This document shows, piece after piece, positions 1 to 11,600 of a stretch of 32,000 bases of DNA (positions within the stretch are counted from its first letter, which is position 1; each line of letters opens with the position of its first letter). A program made the position numbers and the translations under genes. The notes under the pieces are model-generated. The model did not search any database. It was not told the DNA's origin and saw nothing but the letters and a program-made list of their open reading frames with translations. Location: positions 1 to 32,000 of the forward strand of contig NZ_LQPG01000038.1 of assembly GCF_002102265.1 (NCBI RefSeq), written 5' to 3'. The stretch is from Mycolicibacter longobardus (GTDB taxonomy: Bacteria > Actinomycetota > Actinomycetes > Mycobacteriales > Mycobacteriaceae).

Positions 1-3000
1 CAGGGTGGTGCCGGGGGTAAGGCCTCCGGATTCTTCGGCAACGGTGGCAATGGTGGTGCCGGTGGTGCTGGTGGTGCCGGCGGTAACGGTGGCCGGGGTG
101 GTGACGGAGCCGAGGGTGACTGGGTCGCCAGCAACGGCAATGGGGGCGACGGTGCCAATGGTGGTGATGGCGCCAACGGTGGCCAGGGTGGCTCCGGTGG
201 TGTCGCGGGTGCCGGAACGAGCATGGGCTCCTCGGGTGTCGATGGCCTCGGTGGTGTCGGTGGTAGGGGCGGTGACGCCGGAATCGCCGGTGATGGCGGC
301 GCCGGCCTGGATGCGACCAGTGAGCACACCACCGGCGGTCACGGTGGCGACGGTGGCGATTCGGGTGCGATCGGTCACGGCGGCCAGGGTGGTCTCAATG
401 GTGGTTCGACCACCGAGCGTTCGGCCGACGGCGCGGACGGCCTGAAGGCCGATCACGGCGGCAACGGCGGCAACGGTGGTGACGGTTTTGACGTGGCGGC
501 TTACAACGCCGCCCATGCCAATGACATTGGCTTCAAGGCACTCACGATCGCCGGCGGCAACGGCGGCGCCGGGGGCAACGCCGGCTCGGCGGGTAACGGC
601 GGCGCCGGCGGAAACGGTGGTAATGGCGGCGACGGTGGCAAGGGCGGAAACAGCGGTGTCCTGTTGGAGAACGGCCAAGCCGGTAAAGGCGGCGCCGGTG
701 GCAACGGTGGTAACGGCGGCGCCGGCGGCGCCGGCGGTTGGGAGGCCGGGCACGGCGGCGCCGGTGGTATCGGCGGCAAGGGCGGCGCCGGCGGCGCCGG
801 CGGCGATGCGCTGAACCCCAACTCCGGAACCGGTGGCGACGGCGGTACCGGCGGTAAGGGCGGTCTGGGTGGTGCCGGTGGTGCCGGATACACCGGCCAG
901 GCCGGCGTGCAGGGCACCCATGACGGCGCCGGTGAGGACGGCGGCAACGGTGGTGCTGGCGGCGCCGGTGGTGAGGGCGGTGCGGGCGGTAACGCGGGCC
1001 ACGGCGCCACCAGCAACGGTGGCAACGGCAATGGTGGTGCCGGCGGCAAGGGCGGTGACGCCGGTGCCGGTGGAGACGGCGGCCGCGGCGCCGACGGCGA
1101 CGCCGCAAACCTCAACGGCGGCAACGGCGGTAACGGCGGTAACGCCGGAACCGCGGGAGCCGGTGGCAACGGCGGCGCGGTAGGCACCGGCGGCACCGGG
1201 GGCAATGCCGGCGCCCAGGGCACCGAGGGCAACAGCGTGACCAGCGGCGGCAATGGCGGCGACGGCGGCGACGGTTTCACCTCCACTGCGGCCGGTGCGT
1301 CTGGCGGCAACGGTGGTTCCGGTGGTGATGGCGGCAACTACGGCAACGGCGGCAACGGCGGCCAGGGCGGTAACGGCGTGGCCGGCACCAACGGTGTCGG
1401 CACCGATGCCAGCGGCAACGGCAACTCCGGCACCAGTGGTGGTTCCGGTGGCGCCGGCGGTAGGGGCGGCAACGCCGGTACCGGTTCGGCGAGCCTGACC
1501 GGTGGTGTCGGCGGCAACGGTGGTTCGGGCGCCGACGGTGGCGACGCCGCGGCGGGCAATGCCGGTGCGGCCGGTGATTTCGCCACCGGTGATGGCAATG
1601 GTGGTGCCGGTGGCAACGCCGGTACGGCCGGCGCCGGCGGTAACGGCGGCAATGGCGGCCTGGGCGGCATCAACGGCGACAGCACCTCGGCTGCTGCCGG
1701 CACCGGTGGCAACGCCGGTAGCGGTGGTGACGGTGCCGCGGGCGGCGACGGCGGTGCCGGTGCCCACGGTGACGCGAACAACATCAACGGTGGCAACGGT
1801 GGCCGCGGTGGTGACTCCAGTCAGGGCGGTGCCGCGGGCACGGCCGGTACCGGCTCGGTGACCGGTGGCGCCGGGACCAACGGTGCGGATGTGTCTGGTC
1901 CGGCCGGCAACGGCGGCGCTGGTGGTGACGGCTTCACCTCCACCACGGCGGGTGCGTCTGGTGGCAACGGTGGTTCCGGTGGTGATGGCGGCAACTACGG
2001 CAACGGAGGCAACGGCGGCCAGGGTGGTAACGGCGTGGCCGGCACCAACGGCGTCGGCACCGATGCCACCGGCAACGGCAACTCCGGCACCAGTGGTGGC
2101 GCGGGCGGCTCCGGCGGTAAGGGCGGCAACGCCGGTACGGGTTCGGCCTCGCTGACCGGTGGTGTCGGCGGCAATGGTGGTTCGGGCGCCGACGGCGGCA
2201 ATGCCGCGGCCGGCTTGGCCGGTGCGGCGGGTTCGTTCGCCACCGGTGACGGCGACGGCGGTACGGGCGGCAACGCCGGTACGGCCGGCGCCGGCGGTAA
2301 CGGCGGGAACGGAGGTGTGGGCGGCACCAACGGCGACGGCAGCTCGGCGGCCACCGGTGTCGGCGGCAATGCCGGCAGCGGTGGTGACGGCGCCGCCGGC
2401 GGCGACGGTGGCACGGGTGCCAACGGCGACGCAGCCAATATCAACGGTGGCAACGGTGGCCGCGGTGGTGACTCCAGTCAGGGCGGTGCCGCGGGCACGG
2501 CCGGTACTGGCTCGGCGATCGGTGGCGCCGGGACCAACGGTGCGGATGTGTCTGGGCCGGCCGGCAACGGCGGCAACGGCGGCGCCGGCTATGACAACGC
2601 GACCGGCATCGGTGGCGACGGCGGCAGGGGCGGTGACGGCGGCAATATCGGCAACGGTGGCACAGGTGGTGCCGGCGGATCCGGCGGCCACGGTACCGAC
2701 GGCAACCAGGGCACCCTGGCTCACATCAGTGGCACCGATGGCACGGCCGGTTTCCACGGTGGCATCGGCGGTGACGGCGGCGCAGGCGGCTCGACCTCGG
2801 GCAACGGTGGCGCCGGTGGTGTCGGTGGTTCCGGCGGCAGGGGTGGATCCGGCGGCGACGGCCTGGCCGGCACTAACGCCACCGTGGCCGGCGGTGCGGG
2901 CACCGACGGCGGATCCGGCGGCAACGGCCAGGCGGGCGGCTACGGCGGTGCCGGCGGCAACGGCGGCGCTGCCACCAACGGGACCGCGGGAGCCAACGGC

Positions 3001-4785
3001 AACGGCGGCGCCGGCGGCGCGGGCGGTGACGCCGGCACGCCAGGTGATGGTGGCAACGGCGCCAACGGCGACGCATCGGCCGTCAACGGGGGCAAGGGCG
3101 GCGACGGCGGCAACGCCGGTACCGCGGGCAACGGCGGAGCCGGTGGCGCGCACGGCACCGGTGGAACCGGTGGCGTCAACGGCGGCGACGGCGCCGACGG
3201 GGCCGGCATCACCGGCCCGGCCGGCAATGGCGGTGCCGGCGGTGACGGCTACAACGCCGCCGACGATGCCGGAGCGGCCGGCGGTACCAGCGGCGGCAAC
3301 GGCGGCACCGGCGGCAACGGCGGCAACATCGGCAATGGTGGCCACGGCGGCGTCGGCGGTGACGGCAAGACCGGTGTCGGCGGAACCGGTGCGGCCGGCA
3401 CCGCGGGCACCAGCGCCGCTCCCAACGGTGGCGCCGGCGGCCAGGGTCTGGCCGGCGGCAATGGCGGCAACGGCGGTGCCGGTGGCAACGGCGGTTCATT
3501 GGTGGCCAACGTGGCGGGCAACGGCGGTGCCGGTGGCAACGGTGGGGCCGGCGGCTCCGGTGGTACCGGTGGCGCCGGGTATGACGCCAGCACCGGATCG
3601 GTGGCCGGCGCCAACGGCGGCAACGGCGGTAACGGCGGCGAGGCCGGCTCCGGTGGAACCGGAGGCAACGGCGGCAATGCCGGCACCACCAGCCACGGCA
3701 CCGTCGGCGCCAACGGCAACGGTGGCAACGGCGGCAACGCCGGAACCGCGGGCGAAGGCGGCCAAGGCGGCCACGGCGCAGCTGGCGACGCCACCACCCC
3801 CAACGGTGGCGACGGCGGCAATGGTGGCGATCCGGGCAATGTCGCCGGCACGGGCGGCAACGGCGGAACAGCAGGAACCACCGCCAACGGCGGCGGCACC
3901 GACGGCACCGACGGCAGCACCGGAACACCCGCGGTGGGGCCGTCGGGTAACGGCGGCAACGGCGGTGCCGGGTATGACCCGTCGACCGACCCGAACGCTG
4001 CCGCAGGCGCTTCCGGTGGTGCCGGCGGCAGGGGTGGTGACGGCGGAGCGATCGGCAATGGTGGCGACGGCGGTGCCGGTGGTAGCGGCACGGCCGGGAC
4101 GGCCGGCCTCAGCGCCACCGTCGCGGGTCAGTCCGGCACCGAGGGCCAGGACGGTGGCGCGGGCGGCGACGGCGGCGCGGGCGGCCTGGGCGGTTCGCTG
4201 TCCGGCGACGGCGGCAACGGTGGTGCCGGCGGCGAGGGCGCCGACGGCGGTGCCGGCGGCAGCGGAGCCAATGGCGCGGACGGCGCGCTGGCATCCGGGG
4301 TAGCCGGGAAGGCCAACAACGGCCAGGACGGCGGTGATGGCGCCAGCGGCGGTAAGGGCGGTAACGGCGGCAACGGTGGCGCCGGCGGAACCGCGACAAA
4401 CGGCACCGCGGGCAGCACCGGAACCGGTGGCAACGGTGGCGACGGTGGAGCCACCGGCACCCCGGGTGACGGCGGTGCCGGCGCAAACGGCGACTCCACC
4501 AACCAGCACGGTGGCGACGGCGGTGACGGCGGCGACGTCGGCTACCCGGGCGCCGGCGGCGGCAACGCCGGGACCGGTTCCGGCACCCCGACGGACGGTG
4601 ACTCCGGTAGCACTCCCACCGGCCCGGTCGGTAACGGCGGCAAGGGCGGTGATGGTTGGAACAACACCGGTCCATCCGGAACCGGCGGCGCCGGCGGTCA
4701 TGGTGGCGACGGCGGCAACCTCGGCAACGGTGGTGACGGTGGCCAGGGCGGTGACGGTCCGAACGGATCCGGCCCCAACGGCTGA
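1..4785 (+). CDS. PGRS-type glycine-rich repeat protein, 5'-truncated by the window edge (probable PE_PGRS family member; N-terminal domain not visible)
   Basis: Frame 1 is open from nt 1 (no stop before the first ATG at 223) to TGA 4783-4785. The translation is almost entirely GGxGG(N/A/D/S/T) repeats, punctuated by GxGY(D/N) and GDGF(T) module starts, which is the hallmark of mycobacterial PGRS domains. A strong intrinsic terminator follows. Membership of the PE family is inferred because the N-terminus lies upstream of the window. Confidence 0.85.
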   Translation, partial: QGGAGGKASGFFGNGGNGGAGGAGGAGGNGGRGGDGAEGDWVASNGNGGDGANGGDGANGGQGGSGGVAGAGTSMGSSGVDGLGGVGGRGGDAGIAGDGGAGLDATSEHTTGGHGGDGGDSGAIGHGGQGGLNGGSTTERSADGADGLKADHGGNGGNGGDGFDVAAYNAAHANDIGFKALTIAGGNGGAGGNAGSAGNGGAGGNGGNGGDGGKGGNSGVLLENGQAGKGGAGGNGGNGGAGGAGGWEAGHGGAGGIGGKGGAGGAGGDALNPNSGTGGDGGTGGKGGLGGAGGAGYTGQAGVQGTHDGAGEDGGNGGAGGAGGEGGAGGNAGHGATSNGGNGNGGAGGKGGDAGAGGDGGRGADGDAANLNGGNGGNGGNAGTAGAGGNGGAVGTGGTGGNAGAQGTEGNSVTSGGNGGDGGDGFTSTAAGASGGNGGSGGDGGNYGNGGNGGQGGNGVAGTNGVGTDASGNGNSGTSGGSGGAGGRGGNAGTGSASLTGGVGGNGGSGADGGDAAAGNAGAAGDFATGDGNGGAGGNAGTAGAGGNGGNGGLGGINGDSTSAAAGTGGNAGSGGDGAAGGDGGAGAHGDANNINGGNGGRGGDSSQGGAAGTAGTGSVTGGAGTNGADVSGPAGNGGAGGDGFTSTTAGASGGNGGSGGDGGNYGNGGNGGQGGNGVAGTNGVGTDATGNGNSGTSGGAGGSGGKGGNAGTGSASLTGGVGGNGGSGADGGNAAAGLAGAAGSFATGDGDGGTGGNAGTAGAGGNGGNGGVGGTNGDGSSAATGVGGNAGSGGDGAAGGDGGTGANGDAANINGGNGGRGGDSSQGGAAGTAGTGSAIGGAGTNGADVSGPAGNGGNGGAGYDNATGIGGDGGRGGDGGNIGNGGTGGAGGSGGHGTDGNQGTLAHISGTDGTAGFHGGIGGDGGAGGSTSGNGGAGGVGGSGGRGGSGGDGLAGTNATVAGGAGTDGGSGGNGQAGGYGGAGGNGGAATNGTAGANGNGGAGGAGGDAGTPGDGGNGANGDASAVNGGKGGDGGNAGTAGNGGAGGAHGTGGTGGVNGGDGADGAGITGPAGNGGAGGDGYNAADDAGAAGGTSGGNGGTGGNGGNIGNGGHGGVGGDGKTGVGGTGAAGTAGTSAAPNGGAGGQGLAGGNGGNGGAGGNGGSLVANVAGNGGAGGNGGAGGSGGTGGAGYDASTGSVAGANGGNGGNGGEAGSGGTGGNGGNAGTTSHGTVGANGNGGNGGNAGTAGEGGQGGHGAAGDATTPNGGDGGNGGDPGNVAGTGGNGGTAGTTANGGGTDGTDGSTGTPAVGPSGNGGNGGAGYDPSTDPNAAAGASGGAGGRGGDGGAIGNGGDGGAGGSGTAGTAGLSATVAGQSGTEGQDGGAGGDGGAGGLGGSLSGDGGNGGAGGEGADGGAGGSGANGADGALASGVAGKANNGQDGGDGASGGKGGNGGNGGAGGTATNGTAGSTGTGGNGGDGGATGTPGDGGAGANGDSTNQHGGDGGDGGDVGYPGAGGGNAGTGSGTPTDGDSGSTPTGPVGNGGKGGDGWNNTGPSGTGGAGGHGGDGGNLGNGGDGGQGGDGPNGSGPNG
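1260..2573 (+). repeat. Intragenic tandem duplication, 2 copies x 657 nt (219 codons), in frame
   Basis: GACGG(T/C)TTCACCTCCAC occurs at 1270 and 1927, an offset of exactly 657. The antisense artefact ORFs 1338-1796 and 1995-2453 are both 152 aa, near-identical and offset by 657. At protein level, GDGFTST(A/T)[40 protein letters not shown]... is repeated with only scattered substitutions. The outer boundaries are approximate. Confidence 0.9.
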
Positions 4786-4797
4786 GTCCCGCTCGAT

Positions 4798-4845
4798 AGA
4801 CCAACGCGGTCACCCCGGCTACGGGGTGGCCGCGTTGGTCTTTTT
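4798..4845 (+). terminator. Rho-independent terminator of the upstream PGRS gene
   Basis: 20-bp stem (4798-4817 pairs with 4822-4841, one G-U pair), 4-nt loop GCTA (4818-4821), then a T-run at 4842-4845. It starts 13 nt after the TGA stop. Confidence 0.85.
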
Positions 4846-5416
4846 GCCGTGAAGACGGTCAGGAACGCACCCCTGGCCGCCCGAGGCGGGAGCCCGTGGG
4901 AGGAGTTCTCACCATTCACATCGCGGCTCTGACCTGGCAACACACCGGTATCAGATGCCGTTCCTGTGATAAAGCTGTGACAACTCTCGTCAAGCTGACA
5001 GGGCCGCGGGGCCGGAGCGTCCCGACGCGATGGTCGCCCTACCGCTCACGTCGTCGGCCGCCATCGCACCCGCACCCGGCAGGCCGTCCGGATATTACCT
5101 TTCACCTGCAGCTATATGTCGGCAGCGGAGTACGTTGGCGACGTCGACCGGGTCGGGCGGGCGGTGGCGATGACGTGTTTCACACCCGGCGGGGTATCTG
5201 AAGAAAACCTGTCGACGGCCGCGCGACACCGCCGCAGCGCTCCCAGATGATTGTTTGGTCCTTATCTGCGGACGAACGTCCCGCGCAGGTGGTCAGCCTT
5301 CCGCGAAACTTTTTTCTGAGAAATCCTCGCAGTATCTGAGAACAAAGGGTTTCAAAAAGCTATCTTCCCAGCTCATGTGGGGTTACTAACCGGTAGTCCG
5401 CGATCATGGACTGCGG

Positions 5417-5444
5417 TTGACGCGATCTGAATCGCTGTTAACCT
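5417..5444 (+). promoter_or_regulatory. Candidate sigma-A-type promoter for the giant gene (TTGACG - 16 nt - TAACCT)
   Basis: TTGACG at 5417-5422 and TAACCT (TAnnnT) at 5439-5444, in the low-G+C part of the intergenic region about 60 nt upstream of the GTG start. This is a pattern match only. Confidence 0.3.
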
Positions 5445-5502
5445 AAGTCTCACATAAGTCGCTACGCATTCGTTAGCCATCAGTTATTAAGGGGGGGCTC
5501 CC

Positions 5503-5622
5503 GTGGCTCGTCATCGTCAGGACCGTCGTCGCAGCAATCGGGTTCTCGGAGCTGGAAGCGCGGTGGGCGCGTTCCTCACGTTCGGGATGGCTCCACTGGC
5601 GGCCGCGCCCGCGGCGAACGCC
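5503..5622 (+). other. Signal peptide coding segment (Sec- or Tat-type) of the giant protein
   Basis: Strongly basic n-region (R3, R5, R8-R10, R13), a Gly/Ala-rich hydrophobic h-region (VLGAGSAVGAFLTFGMAPLAAAP), and an AxA-like c-region AANA followed by Asp. The RRR is only weakly similar to the twin-arginine consensus. Confidence 0.6.
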
Positions 5623-8600
5623 GACATCGAGGATGTGCTGTTCGACCTGTTCGGACAGGGGTTGAATGACGCCTTCGCCGGCCTCAGCGCCAACTTCGTC
5701 GATCTGGACTCCTGGCAGGTGATCCTGGACCCGGTCAGCTGGACGCCCTTCTTCGACGGTCTCGGTGATACCGCCATCTGGGACTCGCTGCTGGCCGACC
5801 TGGACTTCAACGCCCTGGCCGGTGCGGCCGACTTCAGCCTGCCGGGCTCGGCGGCCTTCAACTGGAACGACATCAACTGGCTGATGCCGTTCGGCAACGG
5901 TGCCGACGGCACGGCCGCCAACCCCGATGGCGGCGCCGGTGGATGGATCTACGGCACCGGTGGTGCGGGTTGGGACGCCGACGGTATCGACGGCATTGTT
6001 GGTGGTAACGGCGGCCAGGGCGGTCTGTTCGGCGGCGGGGGCGGCGCCGGTGGTGACGGCTTCGGCACTGGCGACGGCGGTGACGGCGGCAGCGCCGGCT
6101 GGTTCGCCTGGTTCAGCAACGGCGGCGTCGGCGGTGACGGCTACAACGGCGGCGACGGTGGCAGCGGCGGCCTGTGGGCGCTGTGGAGCCACGGTGGTGC
6201 CGGTGGTAACGGCACCGGTGGCAACGGTGGCGACGGTGGTGGTGTCGGCTGGCTCTCCTCGTTCAGTCACGGTGGCGCCGGTGGTGACGGCTACAACGGC
6301 GGCAACGGTGCCGACGGCAGCCTCTTCGGCTGGTGGAGCAACGGCGGTGCCGGCGGTAACGGCACCGTTGGTAACGGCGGCGACGGTGGTAGCGCCGGCA
6401 CGTACTCGTGGTTCAGCCGCGGCGGTGACGGTGGCAACGGCGGCAACGCCGTCACGCTGGGCACACCCGGCGGCAACGGTGGTGCCGGTGGTGACGCCGC
6501 GTTGTGGGGTCTGTTCAGCACGGCCGGTGCCGGTGGTGCCGGCGGCGACGGCTTCACCGGTGTCGCGGGTGCGGCCGGCAGCTTCGCCAACGGTGGCGAC
6601 GGCAACGGCGGCAACGGTGGCAATGGTGGTGCCGGCGGTAACGGTGGCGCCGGCGGTCGGGGCTCGAACTGGTTCGGCGCCGGCGGTAAGGGCGGCGCGG
6701 CCGGTGAGGGCGGTAACGGCGGTGTCGGTGGTCACGGTGCCGATGGCGCTGATGGCACCACCTCCGACGTTGATGGCACCCATGGCGGTAACGGTGGTGC
6801 CGGCGGTAACGGCGGCGCGGCCGGCGTGGCCGGTGCGGGCGGCGCGGGCGGGTGGTTCGCCAGTAGCGGCGCAGCGGGCGCGGCCGGCGCCCAAGGCGAT
6901 GGTGGCATCGGTGGTAACGGCGGCGAGGGTGGCGACGGCGTCGACGGTGCCGACGGTGACGCAGGGACCGCGGCGAGCCCCGACGGCACCGACGGTCAGG
7001 CCGGCGGCAACGGCGGCAACGCCGGTCTGGCCGGTGCCGGTGGCCAGGGCGCAGGCGGTCAGGCCGCCAGCGGTACGGCGGGCTCGGCCGGTACCGGCGG
7101 TAGCGGCGGGGTCGGCGGCGCCGGCTATGACGCCGCCTCCGACAGTGACGCGCTTGCGGGCACCGCAGGCGGCAACGGTGGTGTCGGTGGCAACGCGGGC
7201 GTGGGTGGCCTGGAGGCCGACGGCTCGCGCGCGGCTTCGGGTGTAGCCGGTGTCGGTGGTGATGGCGGCGACGGTAAGGACGGTGCGGCCGGTGCCGCGG
7301 GCACCGCGTTGAACCCGGACGGCAAGGCCGGCAGTGCCGGTGGTGCCGGCGGTAACGGTGGCCAGGGCGGCCTGCAGGCCAATGGCACCCGTGCCGTCGA
7401 TGGCGCCGGTGGTGACGGCGGTGCCGGCGGCAAGGGCGGCGCGGGGTATGACGCTGCCTCCGACATCGGCGCGGCTGCCGGTACCTCGGGTGGTAACGGT
7501 GGTGTCGGTGGCGATGGTGGTGTCGGTGGCACCGGTTCCACGGCGGGCCAGCACGGCGCCGGTGGCGTCGGCGGCAAGGGCGGATCGGGCACCGATGGGG
7601 CCCACGGCGCAGCCGGTACGGACGGTGACGCCCTCAACCCCGACGGCGGGGCCGGTGGCCATGGTGGCAACGGCGGTAACGCCGGCGTGGGTGGCGCGGG
7701 CGGTTCTTCCGGTGGTGGCAACTACGCCGCCAGCGGTGCCGACGGTGCGGCCGGTAAGGGCGGCAACGGTGGCGTCGGCGGTGATGGCTACAACGCCGCC
7801 GCCGACCTCGCCGCGGCCGCGGGCACCGCGGGCGGCAACGGTGGTGTCGGCGGTAACGCCGGCCTGGGTGGTCTGCAGGCCGATGGCACCACGCGGGCGG
7901 CGGCGGGCAACGCCGCTGTCGGTGGTAACGGCGGCGACGGCAAGGACGGCGCGGACGGCAACCATGGCACCCAGTCCGACCCCGACGGCACGGCCGGCCA
8001 GGCCGGTGGCGCCGGCGGCAACGGCGGTCAGGGCGGCCTGAACGCCGACAGCACCCGCGCCGCTGATGGCGATGGCGGTAACGGCGGCGCCGGCGGTCAG
8101 GGCGGCAACGGCTACGAGGGCGAGAATGGGACCGCCCCCGGCGAGGCCGGCGAGCATGGCGGTAACGGTGGGGCCGGTGGCGCCGGCGGTGTCGGTGGCA
8201 CCGGGACCAACGCAGGGACGCACGGCGCCGGCGGCGTCGGTGGGAACGGCGGGTCCGGCGGTGATGGCGCCGCGGGTGCAAACGGCAATGACGGCACCGA
8301 AACTCACGTGGACGGCACGGCGGGTCAGGCCGGTGGCGCCGGTGGTAACGCCGGTAAGGGCGGCGCCGGTGGCGTCGGCGGTGACGGCACCACCACCGCC
8401 AATGCCGGCAACGACGGTCAGGCCGGCGTCGGCGGTGAGGGTGGCGCCGGCGGCAAGGGCTACGACGGTCTCCACGGCTCCAACACTGGCGTCGGGCGCA
8501 TCGACGGCACCAACGGTGGTGCCGGTGGTGCCGGTGGCGACGGCGGTCTCGGCGGCCTGCAGGTCGACGGTGTGACCCGGGCGACCCAGGGCGATGGCGG

Positions 8601-11600
8601 CGCCGGTGGCGCCGGCGGTAAGGGCGGCAACGGCGGCAACGGTCTGGCCGGATCGACGCCGGGTGCCAGCGGCACCAACGGTGGCGTCGGCGGTAACGGT
8701 GGCGTCGGTGGCGCCGGCGGCCAGGGCAACGTCGACGGCACGGACGGTCTCGGCGGCGCCGGTGGTAACGGTGGTAACGGTGGCGCGGGTGCCGCCGGTG
8801 CGGCCGGCACCGACGGCACGGCCAGCCACGTGGATGGCACCGCCGGCGGTAACGGTGGTGCGGGTGGTAACGCTGGCAAGGCCGGTACCGGTGGCCTCGG
8901 CGGCGATGGTGTCACCCAGGCCGGCAACGGAACCGACGGCAATGCCGGCGCCGGTGGCGCCGGTGGCCAGGGCGGTAAGGGCTACACCGGCGCCGCCTCC
9001 ACCAGTGCCGGTGCTTCCGGTGAGAATGGTGGTTCCGGTGGTGCCGGCGGTAACGGTGGCCAGGGTGGTCTGAAGGCCGACGGCGTCACACGTGTCGCCG
9101 ATGGTGTCGGCGGTAATGGTGGTGCCGGCGGTACCGGTGGTGCCGGTTACAACGGTCAAGATGGTGACAACGCGACGGTCGCAGGTGCTGCCGGTGGTGC
9201 CGGTGAGTCGGGCACCAATGGCGGTAATGGCGGTTCCGGTGGTGCCGGCGGCTCGGGCTCGACGGCGGGCCAGCAGGGTGTCGGCGGCGCTGGTGGTGCC
9301 GGTGGCTCCGGCGGTGCTGGCGGTGATGGTGCAGATGGCGCGGGGGGCACCGCGGCGCATGTCGACGGTGGCAACGGTGGCGCCGGTGGCGCGGGTGGTA
9401 ACGCCGGACAAGGTGGCGTCGGCGGTGCGGGCCTGGGCGGTCCGGCTGCCAACGGTGGCAATGGCACGGCCGGTGTCGGAGGCGACGGTGGTGCCGGCGG
9501 TGCGGGCTACAACGGTGCAGCCTCCACCAGCGCAGGCGCTTCCGGTGAAAACGGTGGTTCCGGTGGTGCCGGCGGTAACGGTGGCGCCGGTGGCCTCCAG
9601 GTTGGTGGCGGCAATGCCGCCCAGGGTGATGGTGGTAACGGTGGCGCCGGCGGCAAGGGCGGCGCGGGTTACGACGGTGACAACGGGACGGATGCGACCA
9701 CGCCGGGCGGTGCGGGCGGTGCCGGTGAGTCGGGTACCAACGGTGGTAACGGCGGTAATGGCGGCCAGGGCGGTACCGGTACCAACGACGGTGTCCAGGG
9801 TGTTGGCGGCGTCGGTGGCGCTGGTGGTTCCGGTGGGCGCGGCGGTCATGGCGCCGCCGGTGATGACGGCAATGCCGGTCACATTGATGGCTTCGAAGGT
9901 GGTTCCGGTGGCGCTGGCGGTAACGCGGGCGCTGGTGGTAGCGGTGGTACCGGTTTGGGCGGTCCGGCCAACGGCGGTGCCGATGGCAAGGCTGGTGTTG
10001 GTGGCAATGGTGGCGCTGGTGGTACCGGTTTCGACGGTGCACAAGGCACCCTCGGCGTCGACGGCGGCAAGGGCGGTGCCGGTGGTAACGGCGGCGATGG
10101 TGGCGCCGGCGGTCTAGAGGTCGGTGGCGGTAACGCCACCGATGGCGACGGCGGTGACGGTGGCACCGGCGGTGCCGGCGGTGCGGGCTACAACGGCCAA
10201 AACGGTGTTGCCGCGGGCGAAAGCGGTGAAGACGGCAGCAGTGGTGGTGCCGGCGGTATCGGCGGCAACGGCGGCTCCGGCGGCGCGACCGGCACCGGCG
10301 GCAACGCCGGCAACGGTGGTGCTGGTGGCGTGGGCGGTAGCGGCGGCAACGGAGCCGATGGCGCTGACGGCGACGGCATCCAGGCGGCCGGGAACGGCGG
10401 GGCCGGCGGCAACGGCGGCGGCGCCGGGCTCGGTGGTCAGGCCGGAGCTGTCGGCACCGGCGGTGCCGGTAACGGCGCGGCAGGCACGGACGGTGACAAC
10501 GGCACCGGCGGCAGGGGCGGCGACGGCGGCATTGGTGGCTACGGCGGTGACGGGGGCACCGGCGACCAAGCCGGAACCGGTGGCGACGGCGGTGACGGCG
10601 GCCAGGGCGGTTCCGGAATCGGAGGCGTCGGGGGCGGCGAGGGCGGCACCGGTGGTCGCGGCGGTCACGGCGGTGAAGGTCAGGGAGTGGTCAACGACCA
10701 CGCACAGAGCGGTGGCACCGGTGGGACCGGCGGTCGCGGCGGCGCCGGAACTGACGGTGGCGCCACCGGCGACGGCGGCAGCGGCGGCAACGGTGGTGAC
10801 GGTGCCGCGATCGGTACCGGCGCCGTCGCCGGAGCCGGCGGAACCGGCGGAACCGGCGCTACCGGTGGCGGCTACGGCGGTGGTGGCGGCGGTGGTGGCG
10901 GTGGCGCCCGCGTCGAGGGCACCAACGGCGGCGTCGTCACCGACAGCACTGCCAACGGTGGTGCCGGTGGCAATGGCTCTAACGGCACCACCACCGAGGC
11001 CGGCGCCCACGGGGGTACCGGCGGCTACGCCGACGTCAACGCCGACGGCGCCGGAAGCTCCATCGACGGCAGCTCGGCCGTCGCCGGTGATGGCGGCGCG
11101 GCGGTCGGTGCCAACCCTGGCTACGACGGCGCCAACGCGTCGGTGTCCGCGACCGACACTGGCACCATCACGAACAGCTCGGCGACCGCCGGGCAGAGCT
11201 CAGAGACCGCGACCGGCGGCACGGCCACCATCACCGCGACCGGTGCCGGCAGTACCGTCGCCGACTCGGATGCGATCGGCGGTGACGCCGGTGTGGGTGA
11301 CGCCAATGGCGGCGTCGGCGGCAAGGGCGGCGCGGGCACCATCGTGGCCAGTGACGGCGGCGCGGTGAGCGATGCCACGGCCACCGGTGGTGCCGGTGGT
11401 GTCGGCAGCGACGGCGGTGCCGGTGGTGGCGGTGGTGAAGGCAGGGTTTCGGCCACGGCCGCCGGTGCCACGGCTGACGGCACCGCTACCGGTGGTGCCG
11501 GTGGCGCGGGCAGCACGGGTGGTACTGGTGGTGCCGGTGGCCAGGGTGCCATTTCTGCTTCGGCTGCCGGTGCCACGGCCGGCGGTATCGGCACCGGTGG

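Noticed and set aside
4896-5201. 101-aa ORF in the intergenic region between the two PGRS genes. A 4-codon mini-ORF (ATG TGG GGT TAC TAA) also sits at ~5386-5400.
   Set aside because: There is no SD, the composition is Arg/Pro-rich and random-looking, and there are no motifs. The mini-ORF lies upstream of the candidate promoter. Both are treated as non-coding.
5473-10044. Very long antisense and alternative-frame ORFs across the PGRS genes. Examples are 5473-10044(-) 1523 aa, 11200-13860(-), 13975-16029(-), 13545-15263(-), 501-1337(-), 3496-4701(-), 2159-4303(+) and 5900-7246(+). They encode Pro-rich (PPAPPLPP), Arg/His/Cys-rich or Ala/Thr/Val-rich polypeptides.
   Set aside because: They are the predictable other-frame readings of (GGN)n-rich DNA: GGC GGC read on the opposite strand gives GCC/CCG (Ala/Pro), and shifted frames give Arg/Ala/Val. 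They have no independent start context. They fully overlap coherent sense-frame genes that do have SD sequences and terminators.
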